Positions 12,751 through 25,232 of a DNA stretch of 64,000 bases are shown here, in pieces. Numbering within the stretch: the first letter of the stretch is position 1; each line of letters opens with the position of its first letter. Source of the stretch: Octopus sinensis (taxonomy: Eukaryota); NCBI RefSeq assembly GCF_006345805.1, contig NC_043024.1, forward strand, positions 17,174,001 through 17,238,000, read 5' to 3'. The notes under the pieces are model-generated. The model saw only the letters and a list, made by a program, of their open reading frames with translations, did not search any database and was not told the DNA's origin. Made by a program: the position numbers and the translations under genes.

Positions 12751-13119
12751 TGTGTGTGGGTGTGTGTATCTGTGTGTGGGAAAGCATCTAATGTGTCCAT
12801 ATCTAAACTTGTGTCTATATTTACCAGTTGTATTTCTTTATGTCAAAAGTGCGACTTAGCCATTTGGTTTGGAAAGATTGATAAAATAAATGCCTGACTA
12901 AAATAACTCCTGGACATTTGGTATGATAGGATATGGCTAAAACAGTAGAACTGTTAAATTTGTTTCCTCGGCATGGCCACTAGCCAATGACTAAAATCAA
13001 TAGAATAATGTAGCGTATGCTGGCGTATTACTGGTATTCATTTTACCACCCCCTCCTTCACACTCTCACTTGGTCTCTCAAAAGGATGACTAACTCAATG
13101 TAAGCACAATTAATTAGTC

Positions 13120-13340
13120 TGGTCTTCTTGTTCTTCTTGTTCTTGTTCTTCTCCTCCTTCCTCTTCTCCTTCCTCTTCTTCTCCTTCTTTTTCTTCTCCT
13201 TCCTCTCCTTCCTCTTCTTCTTCTCCTTCCTCTTCTTGCTCTTCTTCTCCTTCTTCTTCTCCACCTTCTTTTTCTTCTCCTTCCTCTTCTCCTTCCTCTT
13301 CTCCTCCTTCCCCTTCTTCTTCTTCTTCTTCTTCTCCTAT
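13120..13340. repeat. Pure polypyrimidine (TTC/TTCTCC/TTCCTC)n tract
   Basis: Seen directly. Confidence 0.9.
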
Positions 13341-13493
13341 TATTACTTACTTATAAATAATTTTGCTGTCTTTCATATGGATAATGTTGTTTAGCTTCTA
13401 TTTAATCTAGTTGGGCATGGTTGGCTGCCTTTGGTATAACCACAGAAGTTTAAAAGCGTGCTTAAATATCGTTTTCATGATGAAAGCTTTATT

Positions 13494-13532
<39 letters not shown>

Positions 13533-14809
13533 TGTGTGTGTGTGTGTGTATACACACATGCACATATATATATATACATATATGTATATGTGTGTATATA
13601 TATATATACACATATATATGTACACATACATATATATACACACACACACTTATATGTCTGTGTGTATGTATATATGTATGTATATGAAGTCATTCATGTT
13701 GGCCATGATTAAATGATTAAAGCCAAAGAATTTATGAGTACCGTTGATTTTGAAGAGCAGTTCGTTAAATTACAATGTACAGTTGTTATGTTTTTGTTAT
13801 TGTTTGTTGTTATGTAAGTGATGAATAATAAACAATAAATGCATCAAGAAAACTTCAACACTTGGAAAAAAATGTCTGGCTTATCGTAAAGTGGTGAGGG
13901 TTTGTTAAATTTTCGAATATTTATTAACATCCTTTGTGTATTGTATATTGTGTTCGCTGACGTCCATCCAGTTGTTATGTAAATACTGTCAGTAAAGAAG
14001 GAATTCTATGCTTTTGTTTAGTAAACTGTTTTGTGCAACCAACAGATGTGGTGATTAAATTTCTATACAAACGAAATGATTGGTTTTCAATGGCCCCTTT
14101 TCAACATGGTAGGTGTATATATTGCTATATTATCATCACAAAAACATTGTTCCTGTAGTGTGAACATAGAGTAATTGTGGTTTGTGTATGCAGTCAATGT
14201 GGATAAATGTGCAACAGGTCTAGTGTGGACGTGCAACAGGTCTGGTGCATAGGAGAATGGCTTTATGCAATGAGTGTACTGCAAATGTACAAGAAGTGCA
14301 GTTTGAATGGGAATATGTTGCATGGTGTTAAAGAAATTGGCTGTGATTAAGAATACACAGCATGTACAATAGATTTGGTACAAATGTACATAAATGTAAT
14401 TTAATAAACATCAAATTTAATTTGAGTAATATGAATGAGCAATATATGGTGTGGTTTTGTTTTCACTGTTAACTCCACATAGAAATTAGCAAACGTTGGT
14501 CCCAAACAGGAACCCGTAGTAAAACCTCATAGATTGAAGAGATAGTTCATTTTGTCATTTGACCCCCTCCACCTCCAGTTTTAATAATGACTTCGTTTTG
14601 GGGCTTTCTAATTACTGTTTTTACTCCTGTCAACTTTGCCACAGTTGTTTTGTTCTATTAAGGAACTACACCAGAAAATGGTGCAAACTTTTGAAGGTTT
14701 CTCTGTTGTCTCGTTCCAATGACTGAAAACAAGAAAATACTATGGACTTGATATACAAAGACCAGTATATAATGAATGTTGATGATTAATGGAATTAGTT
14801 TATTTCATC

Positions 14810-15195
14810 ATTATCATCATCATTTAGCATTTGTTATTCCATTCTGGCATGGGTAAGATGGTTTACCTGGAACAAATAAGCCAGAGAGCTACCCCAGGTT
14901 CCAGTTCTCTGTTTTGGTTTGGTTTCTATGGCTTGATGCCCTTCCTAATGCCAACCACTCCATAGAGTGTACTGGGTGTCTTTTGTGCATCACCAGCTCT
15001 GGTGCACTTCATGTAACATGAGCTCTAGTGCCTTTTACCTGTCACTTGAATGGGAGTCCCCTGTCATCAGCACTGGCCATGACTGCGAAGTCACTTAGGA
15101 CATGTTTTCTACAGCACAGCAAATTGCCAAAGTCTTGGTCACTCATCATTACCTCCATGAGACTCAGCACCCAAAGATCGTATTTCACCATCTTA
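14810..15195 (-). mobile_element. RTE-type LINE 3' end (ORF terminus plus 3' UTR and (GAT)n tail)
   Basis: Minus strand resembles the ORF end at 54290-54420 and carries the ggagtggttggcattaggaagggcatc tail motif. Confidence 0.7.
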
Positions 15196-15378
15196 TAATT
15201 AATATGTATATACACACACAAACACACACACATACATTTACATATATATATGTCTATATACATATGTATATGTATATACATATATATACATATAGATTCA
15301 GATGAATATGGTACTTAAGTTGAGGCACCAGAATTTAGCACGGTATTATCCATACAATTTCAAACTAAGGTGATTAAA

Positions 15379-15601
15379 ATCAAAATAAGCAACAAGGATA
15401 TCCAGAGGTAATGCAGTACAATCGTTTCATGCAACTCCATTTAATTGAACAATGCAATCATTACATCAATTTAAAATGTAGAGCAATCTTCAGCTGACCA
15501 TCTGTTCTAATTTAATTAAATTCTATGTCCTTGTGCAGCTGATGGAGTTGCATGAAATGATCGTACTGCATTACCTCTGGATATCCTTGTTGTTTATTTT
15601 G

Positions 15602-15603
<2 letters not shown>
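15379..15603. repeat. Inverted repeat with 62-bp arms (15379-15440 / 15542-15603), TA-flanked, probably Penelope-derived
   Basis: Arms are reverse complements with few mismatches. Confidence 0.85.
15534..15570 (+). ncRNA. Degenerate minimal type-I hammerhead ribozyme motif
   Basis: TGCAG-CTGATGG-AGTTGCAT-GAAAT-GATC-GTA-CTGCA: 5-bp stem I, palindromic GATC loop, GUA triplet; position 9 is G rather than A and stem II is poor. Confidence 0.5.
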
Positions 15604-15647
<44 letters not shown>

Positions 15648-16247
15648 ACACACACACACATATATATATATATACATACGTACATACATACATACATACA
15701 TATATATGTATATGTGTGTGTATATATATATTTAGAATAGTTGTACAACAATGCACCACTATTTACAGGAAATAGCAGTTGATAATATATGATGGTATTG
15801 TAAGCTTCACTGTATATAAATACTGGCAAAAATGTTTGTGGGCTGCAAACATAAACATTTTCATCTTACCTGTAGGAAGAACATTTAATAAATGTACGAC
15901 CCAGATGTGGATAATCTAGGGCCTAGGTTTCGAACTTTCCAAGAGCTTTCAGGAAGCAATGAAAATTTTAGAAAGACAAAATAATAAATGAGTGGAATTT
16001 GAACCAGTGAGTGTGTTAATTAATAAGGCATTAAAACAGAATAACTCTCCCCAGACATAACAGAATATGCTTCAACACATGAACTCACAAAAAAAATCTT
16101 GCCGAAATTGCGAAGATGATCCGGTTCTTGACTGAAGATTGAGGGCTTCGAATGTCCCGTCCGTGTTTTTTGTGTCGTCTTCTAAATGTTTCACATTCTT
16201 GTCCCAGTTTGTATATTTTTTTACTTTTACACATATATATATATGTA

Positions 16248-16527
16248 TTGTTTGCTCCTTCTCGAGCCATGCCTGGCTCATAAGGGCCGGATCCTTGGCG
16301 TATAGGTTCCCCACTTGGATGGGACGCTTGTCCATCGCAGTTGGGCTGCAAGATGCAGAAGGAAAGAGTGAGAGAAAGTTGTGGTGAAAGAGTCAACAGA
16401 AATTTGCCATTACCGTCTGCCGGAGCCATGTGGAGCTAAGATGTTTCATTCATAAACACACACATCGCCAGGTCTGAGATTCGAACCCGCGAGTCCACTG
16501 CTCTAACCAGTAGGCCATGTGCCTCCA
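16248..16527 (-). mobile_element. SINE-D (tRNA-like head ggaggcacatggcctagtggttagag...ggttcgaatctc)
   Basis: Reverse complement matches 43396-43697. Confidence 0.8.
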
Positions 16528-17489
16528 CATATATACATGTATATACATATATATATATCATCATTTAGCATCTGCTAGCCATGATGGCATGGGTTGGACA
16601 GTGTGACCAGAGCTGGCAAAGAAACACATTTATTTATATACGTATGTGTGTGTATGTTGTTTGTGTCAATACTTATGTGCATAAATGTGTGTGTGTGTTT
16701 GTGTATACAGGCCCATATATATGTATATGATTATAATAGCTGTGTTAGCCTTCAGCTATATTACACATGAAATCATGTAATGAATGAGATCCATTTCTTC
16801 ATATAAACACATACTGTGAAGAGAAGGCTGTCATTCATTTCTTGATAATCCAGAAATATTGATGCATAAATAGTTATCTTATAGAATAGAAAACAACACA
16901 GATATTTAATCTATGTTTTATATATATTTTATATAATTTCATTTTTATATTTTTTTATAATTGTTGGGAGTCGGGTATGTGGATTCAGTTTTGTTTTACC
17001 TTTTACTTGTTTCAGTCATTAGACTGTGGCCATGCTGGGGCACTGCCTTGAAGAACTTTTCATTGAATGAGTCAACCCCTGTATTTAGTCTTTTTTAAAC
17101 CCGGTACTTATCCTATTGGTCTTTATTGCATAAATACTTACCTCACACATACATCTTTGTCAATGTGTGTGTGTGTATTGGCAGAAACGTTAGCACGCCA
17201 AATGAAATGCACAGTGGTATTTCATCTGTCTTTACATTCTGAGTTCAAATTCTGCTGGGGTCGACTTTGCCTTTCATCCTTTTGGGGACGATAAATTAAG
17301 TACCAGGTTGGAAAAAGAAAAAAAAAAGCGAAGTTTGGTGACAGGAAGGGCATCCAGCCATAGAAAATTTACTTCAACAAATTCCTTCCGATCCATGCCG
17401 GCTGGGAAAAGAGGATGTTAAATGTTTCTCGATGTCGATACACACTTTGAGTTTAGAAAATATTTGCTTGAAATATTGAACATTTATGA

Positions 17490-18135
17490 ATAAAATACAT
17501 AATTATGTGTGTGTTGATGCATGTGTATTTATTTGTGCATATGCGTGGTTATGCAGATATCTGCATAAACGTACCTGTGTGCATATGTGTGTGTGCTTGT
17601 GCATGGTCTGTGCAATTATGGGTCTCTGCGTCATTGTGTAAGCTGAGATGTGTATGTCTGTGTGTGTGTGTGTGTGCTTGTACATGTGTCTATATAAACG
17701 TATGTATGTATGCATGTGTATATGCTATGTAAACGTAGCTGTGTGTGTGTGTGTGTCTGTGTGTGTGTAATTATGTTTTGGATTATAAATCCCCAAGCAA
17801 TAATTTTCTATTGATAAGGTGAAATAAATCACACAGAATCACAAGCCTAAATAAACACACATACACAGAATACATATTGATATTACATGCACACACACTA
17901 ACATATACACTAGCACACACACATATCTATATATATATATGTGTGTGTATATGTATGTGTGTATATATATGTTTGTATATATATATGTATGTGTGTGTAT
18001 ATATATATATACATATATATATATATGTATATATATGTATGTATATATGTATGTATATATGTATGTATATATATGTTTGTATATATATGTATGTATGTAT
18101 ATATATATGTATGTATATATATGTTTGTATATATA

Positions 18136-18180
<45 letters not shown>

Positions 18181-18420
18181 AGCTTTATACTTATGTGTGT
18201 GTTTGTGTATACACACACACAAATTCATAAATATATACATACATACAGATATTTAAGATGGTATATTTACATATATATGGATCTATATATATAGTACATA
18301 TGTATATATATAAATATATATATATGATCGTGTGTATACTTATATGTAGTTGGATCTATATAAATATATGTATGTGTGTGCGTGTCTGAATGCACATGTA
18401 TATACCAATGCATGTGTACG
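17490..18420. repeat. Long compound (TG)/(TA)/(TATG) microsatellite field
   Basis: Seen directly. Confidence 0.9.
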
Positions 18421-18544
18421 TGAGACTCGTTTTATGGCCAAAACCTTGGGAGACAAGAAATATAAATTTATGAATTTGAAATGAATTAATGCGTGGAGTT
18501 ATAGCAACACAAACAACAACACAAGAGGTGGAGATATTGAAAGT

Positions 18545-19050
18545 GATGGTGGTCTGATGGGGGCTTGGTGATGGTGGTCGACATGGTTGAGACTGTTGTT
18601 GTTGGTGGTGGTGGTGGTGGTAGTGGTGATGATGGTGGGTGTAATGATGGGGGTGTTGCTGTTGTTGGTAGTGGTTGAAGTGGTGATGGTGGTGATGATG
18701 ATGGCTGCGAGGATGGAGGTGTTGTTGTTGTTGGTGGTGGTTGAAGTGATGGTAGATATGATGCTGGCTGTAAGGATGGCGGTGTTGTTGTTGTTGGTGG
18801 TGGTGGTGGTGGTGGTAGTGGTGATGATGGTGGGTGTAATGATGGTGGTGTTGCTGTTGTTGTTGGTGGCGGTGGTGATGGTGGGTGTAATGATGGCGGT
18901 GTTGCTGTTGTTGTTGGTGGTTGAAGTGATGGTAGATATGATGCTGGCTGTAAGGATGGCGGTGTTGTTGTTGTTATTATTGTTGATGTTGCTGTTGGTG
19001 GTGATCGATATAACGATGGAGGTGAGATGTTGTTGTTGGTGTTATTTATA
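18545..19050. repeat. Higher-order GTG/TTG/ATG trinucleotide minisatellite
   Basis: Block gtggttgaagtgatggtagatatgatgctggctgtaaggatggcggtg occurs twice (~18738, ~18917); a second block recurs 3-4 times. Confidence 0.85.
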
Positions 19051-21044
19051 ATAATTTCTCAGATTGATAACAGTAAACAATGAAAATAATCAAAACAAAA
19101 ATTAGAGCAACAACAGACAGTGCAGTAACTGATGCACAAAAACAACAAAAGCAATACCAACTTCATCATCCAGTATCATAACAACAGCGATAGCTACAAT
19201 GGCAACAACCATAGTACACAACAACTGCAACAACAACAACAACAGCATAATCAAGCACTACAAAAACACTAACAACAACAACAACAATCACATTTTCTTT
19301 CAACTGTTTTCAGTATTTCTTCCAACATTGGAAATTTCCAGAGTTGAATTACAAGATAATCTGGGTGGGTGTTTGCGTGTGCGCTTGTTGCATGTGTATG
19401 CGTATATGTGTGTGTTTGTTTGTTTATTTATGTGTATATGTGTGTTTGAGCGTGTGTGTGTATATTTGCATGTGTATGTATATATATGTGTGTGTGTGTG
19501 TGTTGTGCATGTGTTTGTGTGTATATTTGTGTGTGTGTGTAGTTGAGTGTGTGTTAGTAAGTGTGCATATATGTGTGTTTATATATATATACATACATGT
19601 GCAGGTGTGTATGTATGTGTTTGTGTGTGTGTGTGTGTATATATATATATACACGTGTGTGTATGTATGTGTGTGTGTGCATGTTTGTCTGGTGGTATAA
19701 GTGTGTTTTTTTGTTTGTGGCATGATTAGTATTTGTGTATGGTTCTGTGTGTATATGTACATACATAAGTGTATGTGTGCTTTTGTGTGTGTGTGTGTGT
19801 CTGTATTTTGGATATATTTCATCTTTACATAGAGTTTATCTCCAGTTTGGTCATTGCCGCTACAGCAATGATGATGATGATGGGGGGTGGCAGTGGCAGC
19901 AGTGGCACTGGTGGTGGTGATGGTGGTGGCAGCAGTCGGGGCGGTGGTGGTGGTGGTGCACCTCCTCTGTGCAATTTATTACTTTGACGCCAACGTTGAT
20001 TCCAGTGTTTGATGCTGTTACGTTTAATTGAGAGATTCTAATGAGGAGAATGATTCTTGACTTTTCTTGGTTGTCTCAGTGGCTGCCTGTGGCTTTGGAA
20101 GATAGGATCCTGAGCAACAGAAATATTCAATAATATCATCACCCCCCCACCATCATCATCATCACCACCTACCTCATCTTCATTGTAATCATCATCATCA
20201 TCACCACCACCATAATTGTTATAAAGTGGTATTTTCCACAGTTATAATGTGTGGCCACTGTTGTGTCTGTAGCTGTCGTATCTACTCTAGTAGCCACGAT
20301 ATTTTCTTGGTATCGGATGGAGTGTATCTCTTTCTATACCGGAATGGTAATACACTGCTTCAGCTATTGTGCTGCCACTGATAGCTCTGCAAGACACTGA
20401 ATTTGAAACATCTACCTTGACTGTGACTCGAACTCGTCTATAACACGTAACTAGCACTTAACTCCAACTGAGAACTTGTATAAGAACTCTACAATGATTA
20501 ACACATGACTCCCCTACTGGTTGATGTCATATTACTTTATAGTGGCTGGGTCATACCACTTGTCCCTTGAGATGGATGTATAATTTCCACTACAACAATA
20601 ATCATTTTCATTATAATTATTGTCATCACCATCATCCCCATCACCACCTTCATTGTTATTATTGTCATCATCATCATTTTTTTCCACATGAACTTCCCCA
20701 TGCTTCACTGGTGAAACGAGTACATTCGCGGAGAGAGTTTCTTGTGGTCAGATATCCTTCTTCTTACTAACTGTCATTTTTTTCCAAACGAAATAAATGT
20801 TCTTCTTGACTATTGAACAACAAACAACCTGGACATGGTTTTACAGTGAACTGGAAACAAACAACACCGTGTGAACGAGCCTTTTGTTTACAACCAGTCA
20901 ACACACAGTAAGATAAATCAGATATACACTCACCCACATTCATAAAGGCATGCTCACACACACACATACATACATATGCTTGCATGTGTATGTGTGTGTA
21001 TGTATTTATATATGTGTGTTTGTATATATATCTTCCGTCTTCTA

Positions 21045-21475
21045 GCTTTTCTTGTTTCAGTTATTTGAGTGTGGTCATGCTGGGGCACTGCCTTGAAGGG
21101 TTTTAGTCTAACACATTGATCCTAGGATTTCTTTTAAAGTCTCATACTTATTCTTTTGGCCTCTTTTGTTAAAGCTCTAGTCTCATACTTATTCTTTTGG
21201 CCTCTTTTGTTAAAGCTCTAAGTTACCGGGACATAAACACACCAACACCGGTGTCAAGCAGTGGTACAGGACAAGCACAGACACAATGATACACGGACAC
21301 AGATATATACATATAGGCATATACGATAGGTTTCTTCCAGTTTCTGCCTACCCAATCCACTCACAAGGCTTTGGTTGGCCCATGGCTATAGCAGAAGACA
21401 CTTGTTCAAGGTAACATACAGTGGGACTGAACCTGGAACCATGTGGTTGGGAAGCAAGCTTCTTACCACATAGCA
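21045..21475 (-). mobile_element. SINE-B with an internal ~40-bp tandem duplication (21141-21220)
   Basis: ctcatacttattcttttggcctcttttgttaaagctcta present twice. Confidence 0.8.
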
Positions 21476-21540
21476 ATGCTTTCATACACACACACACACA
21501 CATTCAAATAGATAGATAGATAGATAGATAGATATAGATG

Positions 21541-21806
21541 TGTGGTGAGTAGCTTGTTTACCAACCACATGGTTCCAGGATCAGTCCCACTGCATGGCAC
21601 CTTGGGCAAGTGTCCTCTACTATAGCCTTGGGTCAGCAAAAGCCTTGTGAGTGGATTTGGTAGACGGAAACTGTAAGAAGCCAGTCGTGTGTGTATATAT
21701 ATATTTGTATGTATGTATTTGTGTGTCTTTGTTTGCCCCCTCCACCATCACATGTCACATGAGTTGCTGTGTTTACGTCCCTGTAACTTAGCATTTCAGC
21801 AAAAGA
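21541..21806 (+). mobile_element. SINE-B lacking the 3' tail
   Basis: Head, CORE-like motif and microsatellite present. Confidence 0.8.
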
Positions 21807-21817
21807 GTAAATGAATA

Positions 21818-21848
<31 letters not shown>

Positions 21849-21851
21849 ATA

Positions 21852-21882
<31 letters not shown>

Positions 21883-22185
21883 CTAGCTTGTAATAGGATA
21901 TTAGATGATGATGATGATGGAAATGTTTAAAACCTTTGGCAGAGGTCACAATAATTTTGGCAGCCCCACCATTGGTGCTGAGCAACTTTGATGCTGTCAA
22001 GGAATATATACAATCATTTCGTCCCAGAGAATAAAACCCTTTGTCCAGGGTCATCCATATAGCCACCACACCAAAACAAATTCCATATGTAACCAATCCA
22101 ACCATGCCATGACTATATACTTTGCCTGACATTTCCCTGAAGATTTATTCTTTCCTTTTAGTTTTTGATTATTTTTTCCTCACAG

Positions 22186-22480
22186 ACCTCTACCATATTC
22201 TGTGATGGAGTACTTTCTTCTTTTGGTATCATTCCACAAGCTATTGCCGTATTTGTCTTTCCCAAAATTAATCCCAGTCATGTAGGACATTGTGGATCCA
22301 TCTACAAACCCCTTATAATCCCCACCTCTACAGGAAACACCAGGCACTGCCATCCTGGGCCTCACATTCTGGGTCTTTTGAATTTTACTGATTTCCTTTC
22401 ATATAACCACCCTGTCTAGCTTCTCAACAGTAACTCAGCCACCAGGACTGTTTCTGTCACACCAGATTCTGCTGTGTGTG
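22186..22480 (-). pseudogene. Remnant of a restriction-like-endonuclease non-LTR retrotransposon C-terminus (HERO/NeSL-like)
   Basis: Hand translation YERKSVKF..GWQCLVFPVEVG then, after a frameshift, KGFVDGST; resembles the ERK..KY...GW...PVEVG.RGF motif of HERO-type elements. Confidence 0.55.
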
Positions 22481-22772
22481 CGTGTGTGTGTTTGTGTGTG
22501 TGTGTGTGTGTGTCTTAGTGTGCAATAAAATGTGTTGGTACATGTTAGATGGAATACGTAATTCATTTTAATATCTGTTGATTTAATTAAAATTTATTTA
22601 AGCAACTGGAAAATTTGTGGCATTTTGTGAAATCAATAAAAAAACACAAAACATATTTGTGGAAATCAAAGTTGATATTTTTCAATATATATAAATGAAT
22701 TTATGCGTGTGGGTGTGGGGTACATCTGTGTGTAGGTTGGTACACACACACACACACATACGTGTATGCTGT

Positions 22773-22815
<43 letters not shown>

Positions 22816-22959
22816 TGTGTGTGTGATATATATATAATTAATATTTTAGACATATTGAAACAAACGTTGTACAGAATAAAATTTAATACCAAATCCATCT
22901 TCTCATTACTCAATATATATATATGTGTGTGTGTGTGTGTGTACATATATATATATATA

Positions 22960-23340
22960 TCATCATCATCATCATCATCATCCTCATTTAACATCTGTTT
23001 TTCATGCTAGCATGGCTTGGATGGTTCAACCGGGGTCTGGGAAGCCAAGAGGCTGCACCAGGCTCCAGTCTGATCTGGCAGTGTTTCTACAGCTGGATGC
23101 CCTTCCTAACGCCAACCACTCTGTGAGTGTAGTGGGTGCTTTTTACGTGCCACTGGCACAGGTGCCAGGGGAGGCTGGCAAAGGCCACGGTCGGGTGGTG
23201 CTTTTTATGTGCCACCAGCATAGGTATCACAGCTACAATTTCCATTTGATTTTTATTTTGATGTTGATGTGCTTGACTCAGTAGGTCTCCTCAAGCACAG
23301 CACATTACCCGACGATCCAAGGTAAGCCCAGCAGACCGTC
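22960..23340 (-). mobile_element. RTE-type 3' UTR/tail
   Basis: (ATC)n then tttaac..catgctagcatgg..cagctggatgcccttcctaacgccaaccactc. Confidence 0.75.
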
Positions 23341-23652
23341 CTGCGAGCCATGAACTCATAGTTTTATACATGATGATAGTTTTGCAAGTAAATTTTAAAT
23401 AGTGTCCAGTGATTTAACACTTTAATTTTATATTCAAATTTCAAGGTGATTCCCCTAATTTTGTTAATTATCCTCTAAAATTTAGATTCTGTATTTTCTT
23501 TGAGTCATGTTGTTTTGTAATAAACCTGACACACCTTTAAACCTCAGGTAAACTGGAATATACAATTGCTTTTACTCGTTAATAGTGGTAACCTTTTGCA
23601 TCAATATACCTGATGTCCACATTCAAAGAGTTATACTTTTACTGTATATGTA

Positions 23653-24266
23653 CCTTTAAGCATTTAGCGCTTAAATTGGCCATATCCAGCCCAAATGTTC
23701 AACCTTTTTTATTTTCAAATTAGCCGGATGTAGCCTCTCACACCTACCTTACAATATCATTCTAAAGATAAACAATCATTGAAATCTTGAAGCTCTGAGA
23801 TGATACACAATTAATTCGAGACTGTGAATAAATAAGAATTATGTTTGACAGAATGATTTGAGCACCGAGGGATTAAAACAGCCATCATGTCTACCTGAAA
23901 TATTCTACTTGTTTTATGTTCAGACAAGCCAGGTCTAGCCTCTCACACTAACCCTATAATGCTGCTCTATAATTTAACAATTAGGTCATTGAAATCTTGA
24001 AGCTCCAAGATAATGCATGATTAATTCAAGACAATGGGAATAAATAAGCATTACATTTGACAGGGTAATCTGAATGCTAAAGAGTTAATCCAGAGCCATA
24101 TCTTGCCTGAATATTCTATCTGTATTATGTTCTGATAAGCCAGATCCAGTCTCTCACACCTACCCTGTTATTATATAAATTAACAATCACATCATTGAAA
24201 TCTCAAAGCTATGAGATGATGCATAATTAATTGATAGATTAATTAATCTGAAAGCTAATGGGTTAA
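23653..24266. mobile_element. Three tandem copies of a ~200-bp piggyBac-like MITE
   Basis: Units end in gagggattaa (23876), aatgctaaagagttaa (24088) and ctaatgggttaa (24266); left end cctttaagcatt; internal gaaatcttgaagct and ctctcacac motifs repeated three times. Confidence 0.65.
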
Positions 24267-24274
24267 ATCAGTGA

Positions 24275-24615
24275 GGACAGAAATGTTTCCTAACCATGAT
24301 ATATTTACATGCACCATGCTGTAAAAATACATCGCAGTTTACGTGATGTTGGCATCAGTAACTCATAAAATCTGTCTCTCCACAACAATAGCCAATGTCC
24401 TTCCTGAGGTCATAAGTACCAAAATGGCAGGTGTTTAAGCAGCATTAAATACTTGTTTTGTTCTTTTAAATTTTCATCAATGATCATTTTTGCAAATTCA
24501 TCCATAAATTTCTTGGCTACTTTGTAAATGTTTGATTTCTCATCACCAGAAATCTTTAAATATTTAATGCCCTTCCCTGTCTTCAATATTTGTAACCAAC
24601 CTAGTGAATAATCCT
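24275..24615 (-). pseudogene. Tigger/pogo-like transposase remnant
   Basis: Hand translation GIKYLKISGDEKSNIYKVAKKFMDEFAKMIIDENL..EQ, then (frameshift) QVFNAA, resembling the region preceding the YNADET motif of pogo DDD transposases. Confidence 0.6.
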
Positions 24616-24807
24616 AGTTACCTTCAATATTCAGTTTGTTTTGATCAATTTTATTTTAACGATGACCAATAATCCATTAAGTGGGAAATATTTTGTCAGA
24701 CTTAATGAAGAATCTACTCAATCAACATTTTTAATTATGTTTTTAATTATCTCCTGTCCCTCATGATCAGCATACAATTTCATCAAGATGACCTTCTCTC
24801 TCTCTCA

Positions 24808-25232
24808 AGGCAGTGAGCTGACAGAAACGTTAGCATGCCGGACGAAATGCTTAGTTGTATTTCGTCTGCCATTAGGTTCTGACTTCAAATTCTGCCAAGG
24901 TCGACTTTGCCTTTCATCCTTTCGGGGTTGATAAATTAAGTACCAGTTATGCACTGGGGTCAATGTAATCAACTTAATCCCTTTCTCTGTCCTTGTTTGT
25001 CCCCTCTGTGTTTAGCCCCTGTGGGCGATAAAGAAATAAGAAACATTAGCATGCTGGGCGAAATGCATATTTCATCTGTCTTTACATTCTGAGTTCAAAT
25101 TCCACCAGGTTGACTTTGTCTTTCATCCTTTTGGGAGTTGATAAATTAAGTACCAGTTCCATACTGGGGTTGATCTAATCAACTGTACCCCTTCCCCAAA
25201 ATTTCGTGCCTTGTGCCTAGAGTAGAAAAGAA
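24808..25232 (+). mobile_element. SINE-A dimer (tail-1 then tail-2)
   Basis: Same architecture as 318-736. Confidence 0.85.

Noticed and set aside
20241-20400. Hydrophobic or Cys-rich short frames after ttttccacag
   Set aside because: Weak splice signals, in-frame stops in the more protein-like frame, and no recognised homology
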